A stretch of 42,721 nt of DNA from NCBI GenBank assembly GCA_017560855.1, contig JAFZEB010000121.1, positions 1 through 42,721 of the forward strand, given 5' to 3'. The number at the start of each line of letters is the position of its first letter. Position 1 is the first letter of the stretch. The position numbers were made by a program, and so were the translations under genes. Positions 34,909 through 42,721 of the stretch are shown in pieces. The DNA is from Ruminiclostridium sp. Its GTDB lineage: Bacteria > Bacillota > Clostridia > Oscillospirales > Oscillospiraceae. A model generated the notes under the pieces. That model made no database searches. It was not told the origin of the DNA and saw only the letters and a list, made by a program, of their open reading frames with translations.

Positions 34909-35787
34909 ATGTTGAACCAATATTTACCGGAAGGCCGTTTGCTCCATACTCCGGAAAACCGGCGGTACACCGCCGAAGCCCTCCAACAGGCCATGGACGA
35001 GAACACCGTTTTGGAAGGGCGAGCCGTCCTGTGCACCACAGACCACGACCTCATGGTATCTTACGGCCCTTATCTGGGCCGCATTCCCCGGGAGGAAGCC
35101 GCTCTGGGCATCCGGGAGGGAACTGCCCGGGAGATCACAATTCTATCCAGAGTAGGAAAGCCCGTGGCCTTCACGGTGTCAGAACTGGGGGACACCCCCA
35201 TCTTCTCCCGCCGAAGGGCCCAGGAGCTGGCATTGGACCGGTTGATGGAGACCCCCGTTGGAACGGTTCTCCCTGCCACGGTCACCCATCTGGCCGGGTT
35301 TGGGGCCTTTGTGGATGTGGGCTGCGGGGTGGTTTCCATGGTGGGCATCGAGAACCTGTCGGTCTCACGGATCCCACATCCCGCCGCACGGCTTCGGGTG
35401 GGCCAGGAGATCTTAGTCCTCCTCACCGGTCATGACCGGGAGGCGGGACGGATCACCCTCTCCCACAAGGAGCTGTTGGGGACCTGGGAGGAAAATGTCA
35501 GGCAGTTTGCCCCGGGGATGACCGTCACGGGCATGGTCCGAACCAAAATGCCCTACGGCTCCTTCATCGAGCTGACCCCCAATCTCACCGGCCTTGCCGA
35601 CCGAACCCAGGGTCTGCAGGAAGGCGACCATGTGGCGGTGTATATCAAGTCCATCCAGCCAAAGAAGCGGAAGGTGAAGCTTCAGGTCACCGAGGTACTG
35701 CCCCCGGCAAACGGCCCCCGCCCCTTCTCCTATTTTATCACAGAGGGTCAAGTGAGGGACTGGGTCTATTTCACTCCTGTCCCTTGA
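34909..35787 (+). CDS. S1 RNA-binding domain protein
   Basis: Three S1-like repeats (FGAFVDVGCG, ITLSHKELLG, YGSFIELTPNLTGL). Confidence 0.85.
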   Translation: MLNQYLPEGRLLHTPENRRYTAEALQQAMDENTVLEGRAVLCTTDHDLMVSYGPYLGRIPREEAALGIREGTAREITILSRVGKPVAFTVSELGDTPIFSRRRAQELALDRLMETPVGTVLPATVTHLAGFGAFVDVGCGVVSMVGIENLSVSRIPHPAARLRVGQEILVLLTGHDREAGRITLSHKELLGTWEENVRQFAPGMTVTGMVRTKMPYGSFIELTPNLTGLADRTQGLQEGDHVAVYIKSIQPKKRKVKLQVTEVLPPANGPRPFSYFITEGQVRDWVYFTPVP

Positions 35788-37045
35788 CGGTATCCCAGTA
35801 CCGCTTGGCGGCCTGCTCGGTCTTGTTCTCTCCGTATTGGTAATAGACCCGGTCCTTGAGAACCTCGGGAAGATACTGCTGCCTTACATAGTGGTTGGGA
35901 TAACTGTGGGCGTACTTGTAGTCCAGGCCGTGGCCCAGCTTGGCAGCACCCCCGTAGTGGGCATCCCGCAGGTTTGCCGGGATATCTCCGGTCTTCCCCG
36001 CCCGCAGGTCGGCCATAGCCTCGTCGATGGCGCAGATGGCGCTGTTGGACTTGGGCAGGGTGGCCAGATAGAGGACTGCCTGAGCCAAGGGAATCCGGGC
36101 TTCCGGCAGGCCCAGCATGTTGGCGCTGTCCACACAGCCCTTCACCACGGAAACCGCCTGAGGATGGGCCAGGCCGATATCCTCACTGGCAATGACCATG
36201 AGCCGGCGGCAGGGAGAAATCAGGTCCCCCGCCTCCAACAGACGGGCCAGGTAGTGGATGGCGGCATCCGGGTCAGAGCCACGGATGGATTTTTGAAAGG
36301 CCGAGAGAATGTCATAGTGGCTGTCCCCGTCCCGGTCGTACCGCATGGCCGACCGCTGGGCCACCATTTTGGCCTCTTCCAGGGTCAGGTGGACGGTCTC
36401 CAGGTCCAGGGCGTGGGCGGCAAAGAGGGCCTCCACGGCGTTGAGGGATTTTCGCACATCACCGCCGCAGGCACGGGCCACCTGTTCGGGAACTCCATCC
36501 TCCCAGGTCACTTCTACTCCCTGCCGCTCCCCCATCCGGCGAATGCCCCGCAGGACCATGGGCAGGACCTCCTCCGGAGACACGGGCTTGAACTCAAAGA
36601 CCGTGGACCGGCTGAGGACGGCGTTGAACACGTAGAAGTAGGGATTTTCCGTGGTGGAGGCAATGAGGGTCAGCTTGCCGTTCTCCATGAATTCCAGGAG
36701 GGATTGCTGCTGCTTCTTGTTGAAATACTGGATCTCATCCAGGTAGAGGACCACGCCCTCCGGGGCCAGCAGAGTACCCACATCGGCCATGACCGCCTTG
36801 ATGTCCGCCAGGGAGGCGGTGGTGGCGTTGAGCCGGTAGAAGGGTCGGCCGATCCGGGCGGCAGCGATCTCCGCCACGGTGGTCTTGCCCGTGCCGGACG
36901 GGCCGTAGAAGATCATATTGGGGATGGTCCCGCCCTGGATGACCCGGCGAAGGACACCGTTCTCTCCCAGGATATGCCGCTGACCCACCACCTCGTCCAG
37001 GGACTTGGGGCGGATCTCATCTGCCAAAGGACGGTACATAGCCAT
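35771..37045 (-). CDS. rarA: Replication-associated recombination protein A (MgsA/RarA)
   Basis: PLADEIRP, GPSGTGKTT, LDEIQYFNKKQQ, STTENPYF, SAFQKSIRGSDPDAA. Confidence 0.95.
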   Translation of the reverse strand: MAMYRPLADEIRPKSLDEVVGQRHILGENGVLRRVIQGGTIPNMIFYGPSGTGKTTVAEIAAARIGRPFYRLNATTASLADIKAVMADVGTLLAPEGVVLYLDEIQYFNKKQQQSLLEFMENGKLTLIASTTENPYFYVFNAVLSRSTVFEFKPVSPEEVLPMVLRGIRRMGERQGVEVTWEDGVPEQVARACGGDVRKSLNAVEALFAAHALDLETVHLTLEEAKMVAQRSAMRYDRDGDSHYDILSAFQKSIRGSDPDAAIHYLARLLEAGDLISPCRRLMVIASEDIGLAHPQAVSVVKGCVDSANMLGLPEARIPLAQAVLYLATLPKSNSAICAIDEAMADLRAGKTGDIPANLRDAHYGGAAKLGHGLDYKYAHSYPNHYVRQQYLPEVLKDRVYYQYGENKTEQAAKRYWDTVKGQE

Positions 37046-37142
37046 CCCCCTTTCTCAGTCAGTTTCGATATCCCTATTTTAACAGTTGTCATCCTTCCCG
37101 TAAAGATGGTATACTGGTTTTTAATAAAAAGGAGGGCTGACT

Positions 37143-37337
37143 ATGGCAAAGATCGACATCGGCATCTGCGTGTATGACATCTCCGGGGAGCAGGACGGAA
37201 AGGCCAAAGACGCTCTGGAAAAGGGAGTTCAGGTCCTGGACCGGTCCCACCTGGGCTGTGAGAGCTACTACATGGAGCTGGCCGAACTGAGAGACAACAT
37301 CGAAAAAGAGTTTGATGTAAAAATCAAGAACGCATAA
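37143..37337 (+). CDS. Small hypothetical protein (64 aa)
   Basis: RBS AAGGAGG; host-like codon usage; followed by a bidirectional terminator at 37338-37371. Confidence 0.65.
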   Translation: MAKIDIGICVYDISGEQDGKAKDALEKGVQVLDRSHLGCESYYMELAELRDNIEKEFDVKIKNA

Positions 37338-37403
37338 AAAATCCCGCAGTCCAAATGGACTGCGGGATTTCGTTGTTTTAAGCTATGCCGTAAGGCGGGC
37401 AGC

Positions 37404-38645
37404 TTACTCGTACATGGGGTACTTGTCGGTGATGGACTTGACGCCAGCGATGACTTCTTCCTGAGAGTTCTCGAAGTCGGTAGCGACCTTCCACATCAGC
37501 TTGCCCAGCAGCTTGAAGTCTTCCTCGACCAGGCCGCGGCTGGTAGCAGCGGGAACGCCGACACGGATGCCGGAGGTGACGAAGGGAGACTGGGGATCGT
37601 CGGGGATGGTGTTCTTGTTGACGGTGATGTTGCAAGCGTCCAGACGCTTCTCCATCTCCTTGCCGGTGATGCCTGCCTTGCGCAGGTCAACCAGCATCAG
37701 GTGGTTGTCGGTGCCGCCGGAGACCAGGTCGAAGCCAGCCTCCATCAGGGACTCTGCCAGAGCCTTAGCGTTCTTCAGGACCTGCTCCTGGTAGGTCTTG
37801 AACTCGGGCTTCTGAGCCTCACCGAAAGCAACAGCCTTAGCGGTGATGATGTGCATCAGGGGGCCGCCCTGAGCGCCGGGGAAGATAGCCTTGTCGATGG
37901 TCTTTGCCAGGGCTTCCTTGCACAGGATGACGCCGCCGCGGGGACCACGCAGGGTCTTGTGGGTGGTGGTGGTGACAACGTCAGCATAGGGCACGGGAGA
38001 GGGATGCAGGCCAACTGCAACCAGACCAGCGATGTGAGCCATGTCGACGAACAGGTATGCGCCAACCTCGTCAGCGATCTCGCGGAACTTTGCGAAGTCG
38101 ATGACACGGGGGTATGCGGAAGCGCCGGCGATGATCATCTTGGGCTTGTGCTCCAGAGCCAGAGCGCGAACCTGGTCGTAGTCGATGAAGCCGTTGGCGT
38201 CAACACCGTAGGAGACCATCTTGTAGTTCAGGCCGGAGAAGTTAACGGGGGAACCGTGGGTCAGGTGACCGCCGTTGTCCAGGTTCATGCCCATGACGGT
38301 GTCGCCGATGTTGCACAGTGCCTGGTAAACAGCGAAGTTAGCGGAAGCGCCGGAGTGGGGCTGCACGTTTGCGTGGTCAGCACCAAACAGAGCCTTGATA
38401 CGGTCGCGTGCGATGTCTTCGACCACGTCGACGCACTCACAGCCGCCGTAGTAACGCTTGCCGGGGTAACCCTCAGCGTACTTGTTGGTCAGAACGGTGG
38501 AAGCTGCTGCCATAACTGCCTCGCTGACGAAGTTCTCGGAAGCGATCAGCTCGATGTTTCTGCGCTGACGATCATACTCAGCACGGACTGCATTGCCGAC
38601 CTCAGCGTCATGCTGAGTCAGGAAATCGATAGTTTCTTTAACCAT
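37404..38645 (-). CDS. glyA: Serine hydroxymethyltransferase
   Basis: [37 protein letters not shown]. Confidence 0.98.
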   Translation of the reverse strand: MVKETIDFLTQHDAEVGNAVRAEYDRQRRNIELIASENFVSEAVMAAASTVLTNKYAEGYPGKRYYGGCECVDVVEDIARDRIKALFGADHANVQPHSGASANFAVYQALCNIGDTVMGMNLDNGGHLTHGSPVNFSGLNYKMVSYGVDANGFIDYDQVRALALEHKPKMIIAGASAYPRVIDFAKFREIADEVGAYLFVDMAHIAGLVAVGLHPSPVPYADVVTTTTHKTLRGPRGGVILCKEALAKTIDKAIFPGAQGGPLMHIITAKAVAFGEAQKPEFKTYQEQVLKNAKALAESLMEAGFDLVSGGTDNHLMLVDLRKAGITGKEMEKRLDACNITVNKNTIPDDPQSPFVTSGIRVGVPAATSRGLVEEDFKLLGKLMWKVATDFENSQEEVIAGVKSITDKYPMYE

Positions 38646-38845
38646 GATATTGCTCCTCCAATTATGTATGGTTTCAATAAAATCCTGGTGATAACAAGGA
38701 TAACCATAGTTGTTCTACTATTATACAACAATCCTCGAAAAATTCCAATGACTATTTTTCTTCTTTATGTTATAATTTTAGCATCTGAATCCCATCATTT
38801 ATGGGAAAAGGGTATAAAACTATCTTATGACAGGAGGCAGACGCC

Positions 38846-39496
38846 ATGAAACCCCAGGAGGACATCCTCGCCATCATCCAGGAGCTGAAAACCCTGTACC
38901 CCCAGGAGGACCTCTGCTCCCTGCCCTATGACAAAGATTACGAGCTTCTCTTCGCCGTCCGTCTGGCCGCCCAGTGCACCGACGAGCGGGTGAATCAGGT
39001 GACCCCCGCCCTTTACGCCGCCTACCCCACCCTGGAGGATCTGGCCAAGGCCGAGCCCCAGGACATTGAGCCCTACATCCACTCCTGCGGCTTTTTCCGG
39101 GCCAAGGCAAAAGACATCGTCCTGGCCTCCCGTATGCTGGTGGAGCAGCACGGCGGCGTAGTCCCCGGCACCATGGAGGAGCTGTTAAAACTCCCCGGCG
39201 TAGGCCGGAAGACGGCCAACCTCATTCTGGGCGACGTGTACGACACCCCCGGCGTGGTGGTGGCCGACACCCACTGCATCCGCATCACGGGCCTTCTGGG
39301 CCTCACCGACGGCACCAAGGACCCGGGCAAGGTGGAAAGCCAGCTGCGGGAAATTCTGCCCCCGGAGGAGTCCAACGACTTCTGTCACCGGATGGTCCTC
39401 CACGGCCGGGCGGTCTGCCGGGCCAGAAAGCCCGACTGCGGGAATTGCACCATTCGGCAGTGGTGTGATCACTTTATCAACGGGCAGGAAGCGTAA
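38846..39496 (+). CDS. nth: Endonuclease III
   Basis: LAAQCTDERVN, HhH LPGVGRKTAN, DTH, C-x6-C-x2-C-x5-C Fe-S motif. Confidence 0.95.
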   Translation: MKPQEDILAIIQELKTLYPQEDLCSLPYDKDYELLFAVRLAAQCTDERVNQVTPALYAAYPTLEDLAKAEPQDIEPYIHSCGFFRAKAKDIVLASRMLVEQHGGVVPGTMEELLKLPGVGRKTANLILGDVYDTPGVVVADTHCIRITGLLGLTDGTKDPGKVESQLREILPPEESNDFCHRMVLHGRAVCRARKPDCGNCTIRQWCDHFINGQEA

Positions 39497-39549
39497 GACA
39501 ACAATAGGCCCCCGACCGAAACGGCCGGGGGCCTTTCTATACGAAATTA

Positions 39550-39663
39550 CCCCTCATCAGTCAGCTTTGCTGACAGCTTCTCCCCAGGGAGAAGCCTTGT
39601 CTTCGGACAAAAGAAGCCTTCTCCCCCGGGAGAAGGTGCCCTCGAAGAGGGCGGATGAGGGGA
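39550..39663. repeat. REP-like palindrome pair (CCCTCATCAG / CTTCTCCC..GGGAGAAG class)
   Basis: Related to 7486-7574; lies between the convergent nth and coaX genes. Confidence 0.75.
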
Positions 39664-39669
39664 ACTGAC

Positions 39670-40449
39670 TCAACGATTCCTGTCCTTCTGATCCCTCTCA
39701 TAGATCAGCCGCAGGCCGTCCACGATGAGGTCGTCGTCCACGATGTCGATACAGTCCGTGTGGGCCGCCACCAGATGGGCCAGACCGCCGGTGGCCACCA
39801 CCTTCACGTCCATGCCGTATCCCATCTCCTCCTTGGTCTTGCGGACCAGGTACTCGGTGGAACCCACAGCTCCAGCCACAGACCCCGCCTGGATCTGGGT
39901 CACCGCATCCCGGCCCAGCATGGTGGGGGGATACTGCAGGTCGATCTGAGGAAGCTGAGCAGTGCCGGTAAAAAGGGCGTTGGTGGAGGTGCGGATGCCC
40001 GCCAGGATACAGCCCCCCAGGTAGGAACCATCCTCCGCCAGGGCGTCCACCGTGGTAGCGGTACCATAGTCTAGAACCACCAGGGGCTTGCCGTACTTTT
40101 CCATAGCGGCGATACAGCAGACGGCACGATCGGCACCCAGCCGCTCTTCCGCCTCATAGGGCAGGCCGGGGTCCACGTTCTCATCCACCACTAGGGCGGT
40201 CTGACCAAAGGTCTCCCGAGCCAGTTCCTTCAGGGCAGGGATCACCTGGGGGACCACCGAGGCGATGATGACGCCGGTGACCCGTTCCGGTATCAGGCCC
40301 GCCTGGGCCATCTGGGGCAGCAGGTCCACCGCCATGGCCTGGGCGGTGGCTGTATAGTCCGTCACCTGACGAAAGCTCCCCAGGACGGTCTCCCCTTCCA
40401 GAAATCCAAACACGATATTGGTGTTGCCCATGTCGATGGCCAGTAACAT
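39670..40449 (-). CDS. coaX: Type III pantothenate kinase
   Basis: MLLAIDMGNTN, LGADR, VLDYGTATT, VATGGLA. Confidence 0.93.
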   Translation of the reverse strand: MLLAIDMGNTNIVFGFLEGETVLGSFRQVTDYTATAQAMAVDLLPQMAQAGLIPERVTGVIIASVVPQVIPALKELARETFGQTALVVDENVDPGLPYEAEERLGADRAVCCIAAMEKYGKPLVVLDYGTATTVDALAEDGSYLGGCILAGIRTSTNALFTGTAQLPQIDLQYPPTMLGRDAVTQIQAGSVAGAVGSTEYLVRKTKEEMGYGMDVKVVATGGLAHLVAAHTDCIDIVDDDLIVDGLRLIYERDQKDRNR

Positions 40450-40606
40450 ACGCCATTCCTCCCTCCCCCTGCCCGGCAGGGGTTTCTTTTTCCAAAATTT
40501 TAACACAGTCAAGGGAATTTGACCAGAGTTTTTCCCCATTCCGGCACAGACGCCGCCTCCCCCACATATACTGTGGTACTACCACCCAGGAAGGAAGGAT
40601 ATCACC

Positions 40607-40858
40607 ATGCCCCAACTTGATCCCAGACAGGTCCAGGACCTGCTGAACAACCAGTCCCTGCGCCAGACCCTCAGCTCCCCGGAGACCCAAAAGATCCTGG
40701 GCCAGCTCAGGCAGAAAAACTCTGCCCATCTCCAGGCCGCCGCCCAGGCCGCCATGCAGGGGGATGCCTCCGGGCTGTCCCATCTCCTGCAGGAACTCTC
40801 CCGGAACCCGGACACCGCCCGGGCCATGGAGGAGCTGAACCGAAAACTCCCCAAGTGA
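40607..40858 (+). CDS. Small helical hypothetical protein
   Basis: RBS GGAAGGAAGG; first of three closely spaced genes. Confidence 0.6.
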   Translation: MPQLDPRQVQDLLNNQSLRQTLSSPETQKILGQLRQKNSAHLQAAAQAAMQGDASGLSHLLQELSRNPDTARAMEELNRKLPK

Positions 40859-40885
40859 TCCGCATATGAAAGGAGGTCCTGCCCC

Positions 40886-41233
40886 ATGGCAGAGTTTGAG
40901 GACACCCTGAACGCCATCCTCTCTGACCCGGACACCATGGGGCAGATCATGGCCCTGGCCGGGAAGCTGGGCGGGGAACCGCCCCCGCCCCAGGAAGCCC
41001 CCCCTGCCCCGGAGTTCCCTCTGCCCGACCTGGGCCAGATGGGAAAGTTGCTGGAGATCTTTCAGGCCTGTCAGGGACCCAAGGACCAGACCATGGCCCT
41101 GCTCACTGCCCTGCGCCCTTTTCTGAGTCCGGACCGACAGGAGAAACTGGACCGGGCCATACGAATGGCCGGTCTCTCCCAGGCCGCCCGACAGGCCTAT
41201 CAGCTGTGGAAGGAGGGGGAACTGCATGTATAA
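40886..41233 (+). CDS. Hypothetical protein (LL.ALRPFL..RQEKLDRAI motif)
   Basis: RBS AAGGAGG; the motif resembles small clostridial proteins often linked to sporulation (inference). Confidence 0.65.
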   Translation: MAEFEDTLNAILSDPDTMGQIMALAGKLGGEPPPPQEAPPAPEFPLPDLGQMGKLLEIFQACQGPKDQTMALLTALRPFLSPDRQEKLDRAIRMAGLSQAARQAYQLWKEGELHV

Positions 41234-41480
41234 CGCCTACATACCACAGCCCGCACCCCATAAGAAAATCCCGGAGGACTCTCCTCCGGGATTTGGATCA
41301 TCTTGTTCTTCGCCAACCGGTTCCGGCCTGAAAGGCCTTCTGGACCGGCTGGGGCTGGGTAAGCTGGACACAGGGGATCTCCTGCTCCTTCTTCTCCTCT
41401 TCCTTCTGCTGAAGGAAGAGGGCCAGGGGGATGCGATCCTCCTGCTGGCTCTGGCCTCTGTCTTTTTACTGGACAGCTGA
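41226..41480 (+). CDS. Small hypothetical protein with Leu-rich hydrophobic C-terminus
   Basis: Overlaps the previous stop; LDTGDLLLLLLLFLLL motif. Confidence 0.6.
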   Translation: MYNAYIPQPAPHKKIPEDSPPGFGSSCSSPTGSGLKGLLDRLGLGKLDTGDLLLLLLLFLLLKEEGQGDAILLLALASVFLLDS

Positions 41481-42206
41481 ACACTCATGAATCACCGTGC
41501 CATCGGGCAACTCAAAGGTCACACCATCCTCCAGGGGGGTCTGCAGGCTCTCCTCAGCCATGGAGTAGACCGTCACCCCGTCTGCCAGGGTCTCAGCCGC
41601 ACAGAGAAGACCAGTGGCGGTCTCCACCCAGTAGCGGTCCAGGTAGTCCAGGTCGGTATCCCGGACCTCCACAAAGACGCAGTCCCTGCCGTTCTTCACC
41701 TGGTAACCCGCATCGGTGATGAGGTTCCGGTCCAAAGCCAGCACATCCTCATAGGTGGGGATCCGCTGAGCCAGATCGAAGCTGTCCTGGTCTGCGGCAG
41801 TTTCTTTCCAGGTGCTGTCTCCGCCATACCACAGGTAGAGCTTGCCATCCCCCACCAGACGGTGCTGGGTGATGCCGCCCACCCCTGCCACGGTTTTTAC
41901 ATAGTCTCCGTCGGCCCAGATCTGGATCTTGGAGGAAGAGCTGCCTCCCGCCCAGTAGAGGGTGACGGTGAGCTCCCGATAGCAGTTCTCCGGCCGGGAC
42001 AAGGTGGCAATGACGCTCTGCACCGTGTCGGGGGTCACTTCCACCGGGAGGATATCCCCGCCCCCTTCAGCCTCCTGGCTGATGTCAGGCAGGGAGACCT
42101 CCGGGACCTGACCGGTGAGGGCAGGCAGGCCAAAGCTCACAAGGACCGCCAAAACCACCGTGATGGCAATGGCGATGACCAGAATGGTTTGGTTTTTCTG
42201 CTCCAA
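41466..42206 (-). CDS. Membrane-anchored hypothetical protein (possible LolA-like fold)
   Basis: TTG start after AAGGAGG; N-terminal TM helix; beta-rich body with YWVETATGLL. Confidence 0.6.
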   Translation of the reverse strand: MEQKNQTILVIAIAITVVLAVLVSFGLPALTGQVPEVSLPDISQEAEGGGDILPVEVTPDTVQSVIATLSRPENCYRELTVTLYWAGGSSSSKIQIWADGDYVKTVAGVGGITQHRLVGDGKLYLWYGGDSTWKETAADQDSFDLAQRIPTYEDVLALDRNLITDAGYQVKNGRDCVFVEVRDTDLDYLDRYWVETATGLLCAAETLADGVTVYSMAEESLQTPLEDGVTFELPDGTVIHECSAVQ

Positions 42207-42264
42207 AGGACTCCCTCCTTTCACGGATGGGTTGGGGTTCAGACTCAGTTCTTGTCTACAGTTC

Positions 42265-42340
42265 GTAGGGGCGCATCACGATGCGCCCGCTACGTGGTTC
42301 GAAGTCGCTGCGTAGCGGGCGATTCGTGAATCGCCCCTAC
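42265..42340. repeat. Inverted pair of GTAG-type REP-like palindromes
   Basis: GTAGGGGCGCATCACGATGCGCCCG and CGGGCGATTCGTGAATCGCCCCTAC. Confidence 0.75.
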
Positions 42341-42363
42341 AACAACCCCCGCAGGGGCAAATC

Positions 42364-42721
42364 TTAAACAGAAAATTCCTCAGGCGGCTCTTTCCGCAGG
42401 CCCTTCTTCCACAGGATGGCATCCACGATGCGGCGGCAGGCTTCGCCGTCGCCATAGGGATTCACTGCATGGGCCATCTGGTCGTAGGCAGCCTGATCGG
42501 TCAGAAGCCGTGCGCCCTGGGCGTAGACCTCTTCCTCCTCGGTGCCGGCCAGCAGGACGGTGCCTGCCTCCACAGCCTCAGGGCGCTCGGTCTCCCGGCG
42601 CAGGACCAGGACGGGACGGCCCAGTGCAGGAGCCTCCTCCTGAAGGCCGCCGGAGTCGGTCATCACAAAGGTGGCTCTCGCCATGAGGTTGTGCATCTCA
42701 TCAGGGGTCAGAGGATCGATC
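42364..42721 (-). CDS. wecB: UDP-N-acetylglucosamine 2-epimerase (non-hydrolysing), 3' part
   Basis: TDSGGLQEEAPALG.PVLVLR.ETERPEAV...NPYGDG; 5' part lies outside the window. Confidence 0.93.
   Translation of the reverse strand, partial: IDPLTPDEMHNLMARATFVMTDSGGLQEEAPALGRPVLVLRRETERPEAVEAGTVLLAGTEEEEVYAQGARLLTDQAAYDQMAHAVNPYGDGEACRRIVDAILWKKGLRKEPPEEFSV

Overview
This looks like a Firmicutes/Clostridia chromosome segment (Oscillospiraceae-like, inferred from gene content and repeat types). The flanks hold ordinary housekeeping genes: CoA-transferase, thioesterase, cell-wall hydrolase, two tRNA-Ser, ECF sigma/anti-sigma, aminotransferase, chromate transporters, uppP, TetR, and on the right nucleotidyltransferase, MBL hydrolase, macro domain, radical SAM, rarA, glyA, nth, coaX and wecB. 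The centre is a ~19.3 kb element (11004-30277) integrated in the 3' end of tRNA-Leu(GAG), bounded by a perfect 23-bp att duplication. It has a phage-satellite (PICI-like) layout: tyrosine integrase, a divergent cro/xis/HTH/initiator/DnaB operon, and no recognisable capsid, portal, terminase, tail, lysis or relaxase genes. About half of it encodes one 3142-aa phage-type polyvalent protein carrying an HEXXH peptidase plus YSLK-bounded radical-SAM-like and ADP-ribosyltransferase-like cassettes. It also carries a HigB/HigA-like pair with a third DUF3467-like gene (TAC-like arrangement), an integrase with an inserted XRE HTH and no separate repressor, and a second replication initiator with its own iterons. 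Outside the element, a four-hairpin repeat occurs three times with compensatory base changes, and there are several REP-like clusters. All family assignments come from motif recognition by eye; no searches were run.
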